From: a virus
Taxonomy: Duplodnaviria; Caudoviricetes
Strand: one strand, 5' to 3'
Length of the DNA stretch: 64,000 bases
Virus record (IMG/VR): IMGVR_UViG_3300021400_000552
Location: 1 to 64,000 of that record
Shown piece after piece: positions 28,301 through 38,500 of the stretch (position 1 is the first letter of the stretch; each line of letters begins with the position of its first letter). The notes below the pieces were generated by a model, which was not told the origin of the DNA, ran no database searches, and saw nothing but the letters and a program-made list of their open reading frames with translations. The translations under genes and the position numbers were made by a program.

Positions 28301-28318
28301 GAAAGGAGGAATGTATAG

Positions 28319-28816
28319 ATGCATAAAAAGATTGCAAAGGTGCAGGAAATTCTTGAAAGAGAAATATGTGGTATGTTTGATCAGATTATTACTGCAGGCT
28401 CCATTTCTCCGGCAGAAGTGGAAACGATGGATGAGGCCGTTGAATTAATGCTGAAAATGCAAAAACTTGAAGGCCGTCAGGAATACGGCGAAGAATCTTT
28501 CGATTCTAGTTATGATGGTTATAATGGCGGTTCATATAGGCGTGGTAGAGACATTAATACTGGTCGATATATAAGTAGGGACTCTTATCGTGGCGGTATG
28601 CCCTATTATGACCAAGGCTATATGAGAGATTCATATAGAGGTGGTAACGGTGGTAATTACTATGATAGGGGCTCTTTTGAGCGCGGTTATAGCGGTCATT
28701 CTATTAAGGATCGCATGGTAAGTCAACTTGAGGCCATGTATGACGAAGCTCAAACAGAGCATGAACGTCAAATGGTTGACGAGTGGATTAAACGTATTGA
28801 GACTGAACAGCAATAA
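28319..28816 (+). CDS. Cassette gene 6: helical protein with Tyr/Gly/Arg low-complexity middle
   Basis: RDSYRGG repeated twice, GYSGHS; AAAGGAGG SD. Confidence 0.7.
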   Translation: MHKKIAKVQEILEREICGMFDQIITAGSISPAEVETMDEAVELMLKMQKLEGRQEYGEESFDSSYDGYNGGSYRRGRDINTGRYISRDSYRGGMPYYDQGYMRDSYRGGNGGNYYDRGSFERGYSGHSIKDRMVSQLEAMYDEAQTEHERQMVDEWIKRIETEQQ

Positions 28817-28836
28817 TCGGTTTCGTTAAAATTACA

Positions 28837-28887
28837 GGGGTGCATTGTATGCTTAGCGGGTGTATCATGCACCCCCCTTCTTTTTTA
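28837..28887 (+). terminator. Rho-independent terminator closing the cassette
   Basis: GGGGTGCAT...ATGCACCCC followed by a T tract. Confidence 0.65.
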
Positions 28888-29006
28888 TGGTTACGCTATT
28901 TTTTTAATTTTAAAATTTGATGTACGAAGATTAGATCGCATTTGCGATTTGATATATAAAATTTGTTATTTTATTAATTATTAAATAGAAAGGATTGGTG
29001 GTGCTT

Positions 29007-29456
29007 ATGGCGTTACCAAGCAGTGTTATGGCGGCGGTAAATCGCGCAACTAGTTCAGCTGCATCTGATGCAATGTCTATAGATATTGGTGCTGCCGCAA
29101 ATCAAATATATCAATTACTACTTGATAATATCAACGGTTCAGATATCCCTGGTGGAATTAAGGGCGCGATTATAGGCGCTATGTCTGGCCCAGTAATTGT
29201 AAGCCCAGAACACGCCATTATATTTGTTGGTGACGTAATGAGGCCATCTGTATATTCTGGATCTGCTGATATGGTCATGGTGTACAACAAACGTAAAGCA
29301 ATCAGTCCACATTTGTATTACAACACAAAATATAATTGTTGGACAAAAATGAGGGGCGGCTTTCTTAAAGCATATAATAATATGTATTTGGAGAAGACTG
29401 TCTCCACAGGCAACGCTATGTTGGCCCCGTACGGCGGCTCTGTAACGTTGGGTTAA
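29007..29456 (+). CDS. Hypothetical protein preceding tape measure
   Basis: ATG after GGTGGTG; co-oriented. Confidence 0.55.
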   Translation: MALPSSVMAAVNRATSSAASDAMSIDIGAAANQIYQLLLDNINGSDIPGGIKGAIIGAMSGPVIVSPEHAIIFVGDVMRPSVYSGSADMVMVYNKRKAISPHLYYNTKYNCWTKMRGGFLKAYNNMYLEKTVSTGNAMLAPYGGSVTLG

Positions 29457-29473
29457 TAAAGTGAGGTGAGAAC

Positions 29474-31242
29474 TTGGCTGAAAATATTCATGTGCATGTA
29501 GTTAACGATGCACACTTGACAATACGGGAACTCGAAAAAATATTTGCTTACGATGGTAAAACTATCAATATCCCGATCGTAAGTAATGCCGCTGAAATTA
29601 AGGCCGATTTACGACATATCTTTAATCATAATAGAAAATCCGTTAAAATTAAATTTGATGCAGAAGGATTGAAAGATATTGAGAAAAAGATGGATAAAAT
29701 TAAAAATTTTGATCCATCTAAGACTATATCAAAAGCGGCTAAGGCTGGCGGCAGTAAAGGCGGCAATAAAGCTAAAGATGTGTTTGCTGGCCAAATAAAG
29801 ACATATCAACAAGGTGCGCTTAAGTTGCAAAAAGCAATGACGCAAGTTAATCGGGAAATCGCGGCTGCTGAGAAGTTTTTATATAAGAACACTGGCGCAC
29901 TTGGTACTAAGCAGGTTCAACAGTTAACAAAGCGTAATACTGAAATGCGCAAATTATACGCCAATATGGAAAAGGCGTATAAAGACACATTTAGTAAGGG
30001 TGGAACTGACAAGCTCGGTGATAAAAATCGTGGCGTACTACAAGGGTTGCTTGGAGATGCTGATAAAGCAATTACTGGATCGCGAAATCAGCGTTCTGCG
30101 CAAAGTTTAGGGTTAAGTCAATATGCCGCCACTATGAATAAGGATGTTAACTCTATTGTTAATACTCTTACAAATGCACAGGGGCAAATTCGCGGCAAGA
30201 TCTCTGGTTTGCAAAAGATTTTAGATTCAAGCGGTAAACACAACCTCAGCAACGGAGATATTTCACGTATGCGCACTGAGGTTGAAACCCTAAAAACGAG
30301 TCTGAAAGATATTCAAAATCTACAAACTCAAATACCAACTAAAGGCGCACAAGGCAAAGGCGTTCTGGGTGATGCTAATGTAGCAAAACAAGTCGAAGAA
30401 GTGACTAAGGGGTATGAGCGTGCAATAGCATCTGCAAAAGGTCTAACATCTGAAATGAATGGCAAGCTTGGAATAGCCAATGCCATGGATAATCAGATGG
30501 TCTATTTTGATAAAATGGGCGCCAAGATGTCAGACTATTTTACAAAATTTGGACATAATTTGCAAAAAAATGCTCAGCTTTATGATAGATTCTTAACGTT
30601 ACAGAATAAAGCAAATAATGGTCAGTTTGCTTCAATTGGAGACGCAAATACGCAGTGGGCGCAGTTTCGTACGGAGGCGAGATCCGCTGGAGTTGAAATT
30701 GATAGTTTTGGAGCCAAACTAGAAAGAACCTTTGGTAGTAGAATCAGATCCGCAACAGCTGGTATGGGTGTATTTGCATTACAAGGTGTAGTTCGTGACA
30801 TTGTGACGAATGCTCGTGATGTTGATACAGCGATGACCGAGCTGAAAAAGGTCACAAATGAAACTGACGCGACATACACGCAGTTCTTGGACAATGCTGG
30901 AACACGTGCTCAGAATTTGGGCGCAACACTCCAGGAAACAGTAAGTGCAACGGCAGATTTTGGGCGTCTTGGATATGACATTGAAGACGCGACTAAACTT
31001 GCGGATAACGCACTTATCTATCAGAATGTCGGTGACGACATTGACAACATCGATGAGGCGTCAAAGGCGCTTATTTCAACGATGCAAGGGTTTAATATAC
31101 AAGCTGATGATAGTGCTCAGATTGTAGATAAATTTAATGAAGTTGCGAATAACTACGCTTCTTCAGCTGGTGATATCGGTCAGATTACTCAGCGAAGTGC
31201 TGCGGCTATGTCGGCGGCAGGCAACTCCTTAGATCAGACCAT
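29474..31242 (+). CDS. Tape measure protein, exon 1
   Basis: TP901-type TMP core DTAMTELKKV..FGRLGY..VDKFNEVAN..AAGNSLDQT; ends on U of the 5' splice site. Confidence 0.85.
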
Positions 31243-31493
31243 AAAATGTTGTGGCTATGGTTGGTGACAATCATAGAAAACCCGTCTAAACATGGAAACC
31301 CCTATTGGTATAGGGCAACCAAGTGCTAATATAAAAGCTAAACGACTATCTCGAAAGAGAGTACACTGCAAACTACTGGTAGTGGAAACGGCGGGGCTCT
31401 AATACAGTTAGAGCATGATATAGTCTTTTCTGCATGGAAACATGTAGCTGTTAATAACGGGCGTGATGTGGTGAATCACGTTGAAAATGAAAG
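31243..31493 (+). ncRNA. Group I intron 1 (IA2-like, no ORF, 251 nt)
   Basis: P1 CCAU/GUGG with U-G at junction, P2 with GUGA loop, R AAACGACUA, S GAUAUAGUC, P7.1/P7.2 hairpins, terminal G; splicing restores the frame. Confidence 0.85.
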
Positions 31494-31533
31494 TGCATTG
31501 GGAGTTGCAGCTAACGAAGTTCAACAGGATGCT
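31494..31533 (+). CDS. Tape measure protein, 40-nt exon 2
   Basis: Encodes (I)ALGVAANEVQQDA, bridging ...DQT and DTVGTALKT in frame. Confidence 0.85.
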
Positions 31534-32516
31534 TAATTTTAGGCGTCCAAGACAGAGATGTCTTGGATTATTACACCTTTGAATTGCGGGAAACTCCATA
31601 CGTAACATGTATGGACAATCCGCAGCCAAGCCTCTATATAGAGGAAGGTTCAACGACCATCCCAATTGGGAGTAGGATGCAAGCGATTGGTATCCGAAGC
31701 GGAGGTGGCGCTAACATGTAGTGATGAGCGTTAAGATATGGTCTGTACTTGTAGGTAACTATAAGATTATTTGCATCATTCGGAAATGGAGATAATTTAT
31801 TTATACTGTTTATGAACATGTTTTCCCAAACGGGAAAAGATATGTGGGTATTACGAAACAGCAACCTGAGCGTAGATGGCAAAATGGATATGGTTATCCA
31901 CTCAATAAACAGCCATTAATAGCAAAAGCTATTAAAAAATACGGTTGGGAAAATATTACTCATAATATACTACATCAAAATCTTACTTATGACGATGCTC
32001 AAAATTTAGAAAAGTATTATATTGAGAAAAATCATTTGACAAATCCAAACTATGGTTATAATTGTACGTCTGGCGGTGATGCGCCAGCATATAAAGTTGG
32101 ACGACCAGTGATTTATAATAATCATATATATAAATCACTTAAAGACTTTTGTAATACATTCTCACTAAGCACTAGAACAGTTGGGTCGTGGCTTACAGAG
32201 GGTGTACCAATGGACCCGAATTATTATGATCGAGGATTGCGATATGTTGATCAGGATCGCGAAATTATTCGAGGAAAACGCTCGTTTAAGCGTAAAGTAA
32301 TATGCGATGGTGTGATATATGATTCATTACGTGATTTTTGTAGGCAACATAATATTAACAGTGGAATATCACATTGGTTAAGTGGAAATAAGGGTATGCC
32401 AATATATTGGTATAATAAAGGATTGAGGTATCTAGATCAGGACTTCAATGAAATTAAACAAGCTAAGAAAGATGCAAATAATAAGTGGATGTAGCGAGTT
32501 CACTTTAACGTTCTAG
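31534..32516 (+). ncRNA. Group I intron 2 (IA2-like, 983 nt, carries a homing endonuclease)
   Basis: P1 GGAUGCU/GGCGUCC, P AAUUGCGGGAA, Q AAUCCGCAGC, R UUCAACGACCA, S AAGAUAUGGUC, terminal G at 32516. Confidence 0.9.
31799..32494 (+). CDS. Intron-encoded GIY-YIG homing endonuclease
   Basis: YTVYEH.FPNGKRYVGIT..RRW..E..YI..GYN; two C-terminal NUMOD-like repeats; probable ATT start after GGAG (track start 31844 cuts the motif). Confidence 0.85.
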   Translation: MYTVYEHVFPNGKRYVGITKQQPERRWQNGYGYPLNKQPLIAKAIKKYGWENITHNILHQNLTYDDAQNLEKYYIEKNHLTNPNYGYNCTSGGDAPAYKVGRPVIYNNHIYKSLKDFCNTFSLSTRTVGSWLTEGVPMDPNYYDRGLRYVDQDREIIRGKRSFKRKVICDGVIYDSLRDFCRQHNINSGISHWLSGNKGMPIYWYNKGLRYLDQDFNEIKQAKKDANNKWM

Positions 32517-35500
32517 GATACAGTAGGTACGGCTTTAAAAACCATGAGTATGCGGCTTAGAGGTTCTAAGACGGATGTAGAGTCGGCGGGTCTTGATGCC
32601 GAAGGTATGGCAACGTCTGTATCTAAACTTCGTGATGAGATAATGAGTTTGTCTGGCGTTGATATAATGCTGGATGATAATACTTTTAAGTCCTCTTACG
32701 ATATTCTTATGGGTATTGGAGAGGTTTGGGATGGCCTAACAGATGTTAATAGGGCAAATATTACTGAATTATTATTTGGAAAAAGGCAAGCTAACATTGG
32801 TACGGCTATTCTGCAAAATTATGAGCGTGCTCAAGAAATACTTGAAACATCACAAAATTCCGAAGGTAGTGCACTTCGCGAAAATGAAGTATACCTAAAT
32901 TCTTTACAAGGTCATATTGATAAATTGCAAGCAAAATGGGAAACATTTTCTGTTGCGCTTGCTGATTCATCTGGCTTAAAGGCATTAATTAACCTCGGTG
33001 GTAGAGTTATTGATACCTTTACCGGAATGACAAATGTTTTTGGCAGCGCGACAATGGTGTTAACCCCCCTCATTGCGGCAATGTCAAAAACTTCAAATTC
33101 TGGATTATTTAAAACTTATAATAAGTTAGTCAATGCAGAAACCGGCGCGGTTGAGGAACGTGTTGGAACAGCTTGGACGGCAAATCGAGAAGAAAAAATA
33201 ACTCGTACAGCGCAAGCACGAACAGCACATGCAGAAGACATGCGCCATATTAACAACGTTGCGTCCTATATGGATTCATACTCCAAGGGAGACAAGTCGC
33301 AAGAAAGTTGGTTAAAAACCCAAGAAAAAATTAATGCCGAAATGGAAGGCATGGGTAAAGAGGCCAGAGTTGCCGCCAATTCTATGATGCAGTATGGCGA
33401 TGACATGGACAAAGTGAACAATATTGGCAAAACATTCGACAAAGATGGTCAGAAACGAGTTGCCAATCTTGAAAAACAAAATAAAGGGTTTACGGGATTT
33501 GCAAAATCAACAACCGCCATGTTTGGTAACATCGGTGCATCTCTTGCTATAGGGGCTGGCATAACAGGTGCCATGGAAATTATTAGTGCTTTAGATCAAA
33601 GTATGAAAATTTCAGATGGTGCTAGAAAAGATGCCATGGAGCAAACGATTGACACATATAATAAATCTACAGAAAGCGCAGCTGAAAACAAAAAGACGAT
33701 TCAATCATTAGCGTCTGAATATAGAACACTTGCACAAGGTGTTGATTCTCAGGGACGCAATGTAAGCTTAACTGCGGATGAATTTGCGCGATACAATGAG
33801 ATAGTCGATCAATTAGTATCCATCTCCCCTTCCCTAATTCGCGGGTATAATAAAGAGGGTCACGCGATTATTGATCGCAATAATGCGATTAAGGATGCTA
33901 TAGATTTACAAGATGAATATGCAAAGGCGGCAACTAGCCGATATACATCTAATGAATCTATGCGTGACATTATAAATGGTGCACGTATAAACGTTGACGA
34001 TGCTTTAAAGGATTCGCGCTCATCTAGTGTTGAACTTGGTAAAGCTATTGGCTTGGATGCGCGTGAGCGTGGAACAATTACGTCTGAACGCGACTTGCGT
34101 AACGACGAAATAACAATTAAGCATGCTAAAGAGATTGATGATGCGCTCGGCCATGAGGTAGACCTACAGCACGCCTCTTCAGCGGAACTTGATGAGATAT
34201 TAGCAAAGCGCGGTGAAATATTAAAAAATACAGAGAAGCAAGCAAAAGCGGATGGTTTGTCCGCAGAGCAAACTCAAAATCGTGTAGATAAAGCCACCGA
34301 GGCTTTAAACACTTTAAGTGCAAATCAAATGGAGGTTGATTCTGCAACTCAACCTATATTGGATGCGCTTCAGGTTTATGCGTCTCAAATTAATGATGAT
34401 ACTGGTAAGTCTATCGTTGATGGATTACCAGAAGCCATGCAAGATGGTTATAATGCCGGACTAAAGGCAATTGCACAAAAAGCTGCAACAGACGATACTT
34501 TTGGTGAAGGACAAGCTAAAACCGCCGCAATGAATCTTGTGGATGAAATGAGCGCAGTATATAATTCTCCAGAATATCGTGAGATTATGTCAAAGGTTGA
34601 AGCGGCGCAAGATGAATTTATGAATAGCGATCGTAATAGGGCCGCTATGGAAAAATATAAAACACAGGTAGCTGGTTTGCAGGATCAGTTACAGGCCCTA
34701 GCCTCTCAATACGAGGGAACGAACGCTGCAATGTTTGAAGGTCTTAGCCAAATGGCTATCGACGTTGGAAATTTTGGACAAGATAATATTCTTTCGCTTG
34801 CGAACGCCTTTAATCCTCTTAAAGATAAAATTGATGAGGCGCGTGATGCTAAATCCAGATTTGACGATGCTATGTCTGGTGGCGATTACAACACCGCTAT
34901 TAACGCGCAAAAAGAAATATATGACGCGATGACAGAGGGCACCAATGACGAAGGCAATGGCACAATGGCCTTTTGGACTGGTGCTGAGGAAATTCTTGGC
35001 AAGGGAACCCTTCGAGACCTTGGATATGATATCGACTCCGTAAAAACAAAATTGCAAGAATGGGCGCCAGCAATGAAAGATACGGAAGCTGGAACGGACG
35101 CTTTATTTGATCAATTTGCAAAATATCGTGATACATTAAACGAAATTGATGGTGTTAATATTGCCGAGGATGGTTCATGGGATATTCCGGCTGAAAAATA
35201 TGCTGAGGTAGCACGCCAACTTGGTATTAGCGAAGATCTGCTGGTGTCTATGGTTGACAATGCTCGTCATTGGGCAGATGTTAAATTGTGGGATAGTCCA
35301 GAAAAAGCCGTTTCAGCAATTAAAGATATGGAGTCTACATATACAGATGCGGAAGGTAAAGCCTATGCATTTTATGACACTGTAGAATCTGAAGCACACC
35401 AAGCTGGACTATCTGGACAAGAGCTTACTGATTATATGTCTGAAATTGGTAAGCAAGTAGAATTAATAGACTTACAAAAGCTTGACTTTGATGCCGGGAC

Positions 35501-38500
35501 AGAAAAGGGTAAGAAAAATATTAAAGAAGTTGCCGATCAACTTATTGGTATGAATTCGGCCCTTGATAAGAACGGCAAGTTAGACCTTACTGGAACAACT
35601 GCAATGTTCAAGCAGATGGGCAAATCTGCTGATGAAACAACTCACGCACTTGAACAATTTGACGCTGCTGGTCTCTTAGATACGAGCGGCTATGATATGA
35701 GCGAATTTGGCGGTGATTTGAGTCAATTTGTTGCACAAGCCTTTGGCGAACTTGATACGAATAATCCGTTTGCGAATATGGAATCGTCTGTTGATAGTAT
35801 GGCGACCTCCATTAATAATCTTGTAGCAACGTTAGGTGGTGTTCCTGAAGATTGGTTGCACATAGATGGTCAATTAGCCAAAATTGATGAAGCCACATCT
35901 AAGGGTCGAAAAATGACCGATGAAGAGTATGAAGGTGCGCGTAAGACTTGGCAAGAAGAGCGACAGCATCAGGGACAGATTCTTCAGAATTCTAATGATC
36001 CCAATCAACGCAGACAGGCGTCTGCTAATATTGAAAGACTTAATAAAAGTGGACAAGCGCTTGAGAAACAGGCATATCAAAATGGTTTAACTACTGAAGC
36101 AGAATTTGAAAAACGTATGCATGGCGCTGGTGCAGATGGTCGTGCCGTACAATATGAAGAAGATGCTACTGCGATTCGTGACTTATCAAGCGCACTGAAA
36201 GAGGCCAGTCAAGATGGAGCAGAACTGGGTACTTCTGCTGAACAAGCGGGCAATAAATTACATGATATTGGCACCGATACTTCTGTTGCAACAGCATTTC
36301 AGAATGTCGAACGAGCTGCTCAGCAAGCAGATATGTCCGTTGCTGATTATATTCAATCTCTATCAAGTGGTAAAGATGAAGCAAATCAGCTAAATGATGC
36401 CTATATGGACTATTTGTCAGCTCGCCAAGATGAATATAGTTCTATGTTGCCAGAAGGGACTGGGCAAGTTTCGATCGAGGTTACGGCCGATGTGTCACAA
36501 TTTGAATCCTCGCTAGATGAAATTGAGGGGTTAAGTGGCGAGCAACACGAGGCTGTTATAAAAGGGGTTGTGGAATTTGAGCAATCTGGTGGTAGTAATT
36601 TAGAAGAATTAACATCTGCACTACAACAATTGCCTCCAGAAGTGCGAACAAATGTTATTGCCCAATTAAAGGAGTCTGGAAATCAAAGCCTTGTTGACTA
36701 TGCTGAAACATTAGATGAATTACCACCAGATGTTGTTACAAATGCGACTGTAGAAACATTGGTGAATTATCTGACAGGTAGTCAGGAGCCGCCAGAGGAT
36801 GGTAGTGCATCTGTCGGTTATGATAATGTAAGTGGTCAAGAACCACCGGAAGATGAATCAGCGTCTATCGCCTATGATACGATTAGCGATCAGGTCCCTC
36901 CAGAAGAAAAGACGGCGCCAGTAAAATATACGTGGGGCGGACAGGACGAGGCACAGCAAAGTACCACCACAGTTCAATATGATAATAGCGGCGCACCAAC
37001 ACTAAACGGAACGGCAAATTATACAACAACTTTTGATACAACAGAAGCGCCACCGCTTCCTGGTTTAGTTACTTATACTGGTGATTATAGCTCCCTAGTG
37101 GCTCCCACGTTACCCGGTACAGCCGTATATTCGACATCCGGGTTGCCGACAATAGCTCCTACAATCCACGGTACGGCAATTTATACAAAAAAGTTTGAAT
37201 ATAAAGGATCCGACAATCGTAGACGTGCATTGTCATCTGGAACCAGTGATAGAAGGCGTTTTCATTCTGCGGCTAGTGGTAAACTTGGTCCAACGGGACA
37301 TGGCGGCCTTACACTTACAGGCGAACTTGGTCCAGAATTAGTTTGGTTGCCAGATGATAACGCTTCGTTTTTAACTGGTTTGAGTGGCCCACAGATACAA
37401 GATCTTCCGGCTAACGCGGTAGTCTGGCCATATGAAGAAACCAAACGAATTTTTGGTGGAACGTTGCCACCTGGAGTGCTTACTAATCGTCACAGTATGG
37501 GGCGTTACGCAGCCTCTCATCTGGGTTCTTCCGCAAAAGGCTCTAATTACAAATTCGGTTCTGTAAAATCTGGAAAGAAAAAGAAGGGTTGGAGCGATTA
37601 TACGGATAAATGGGATTATAAATACGACCTCGAAAGTATTAGCGAGCAGGCATACTATAATGGTCTTCTTCGTATTTATAATAAACGTAAAAGCAAACTA
37701 AGCGGTAAGGAGAAACGTACTGCAAGGAAAGCAATCCATGATGCTTATACTGAACTATTAGAGGCCCAATCTAGTAGTTGGGAAGATGCTGTTGATATCG
37801 GCACTATGTCAGAGGCGACATACTATGGTAAATTAACAGCACAAACTAAACGGTATAGTAAAGGTAAATATGGCAAGCAAACAAAGGCGTATAGAGACCA
37901 TCTAAAGGAGCTTCATGATGCATATAATGATATGGTTGAGGCTCAGGCGGATAGTCTTGATCATAGTTTAGCCATGGGCGGCTTAGATGAAGCTGGTTAT
38001 TATCGTAGGCTTGTTGGTGTAGCAAATAAATATGCGCGTCCTCCTAAGAATGCCGGAAAGTTCACAAAAGAGTATAGAGAATATCAAGAAAAATTAAAAG
38101 AAGCAGCAGACGCAGTATATGATCGTGAGAAACGCGAGATTGATTTTATGCTCGGATTAGGTGTGGGCAAAAATGGTGGAAGATATACTGCGGTAAATGC
38201 TTATAGAGATTTGCAAGCGTATATTCGTAAGGCTATCAATGGTGTTGTAACAAGTAATACAAATACGCGCAAGTTAACGAGTGCCAACTATGTTAGAAAC
38301 TTTCTTTATACTGGAACAAGTAATAGGCGACAACCCATTCCTTCAATGGCTAGAGGTGGTCGGCTTGGACCAAATGGTCGTGGCGGACTTACGTTAACAG
38401 GTGAGTTGGGGCCAGAATTAGTTTGGTTACCAGACGAAAGTGTATCATTCGTTGTTGGTGTAGGCGGCCCTGAGATGGTCAATCTCCCATCTAATGCTGT

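Noticed and set aside
31243-32516. One nested intron (twintron) or a frameshifted/pseudogenised TMP
   Set aside because: A 40-nt segment between the two cores encodes the missing TMP residues in frame, so the introns are tandem and the gene is intact
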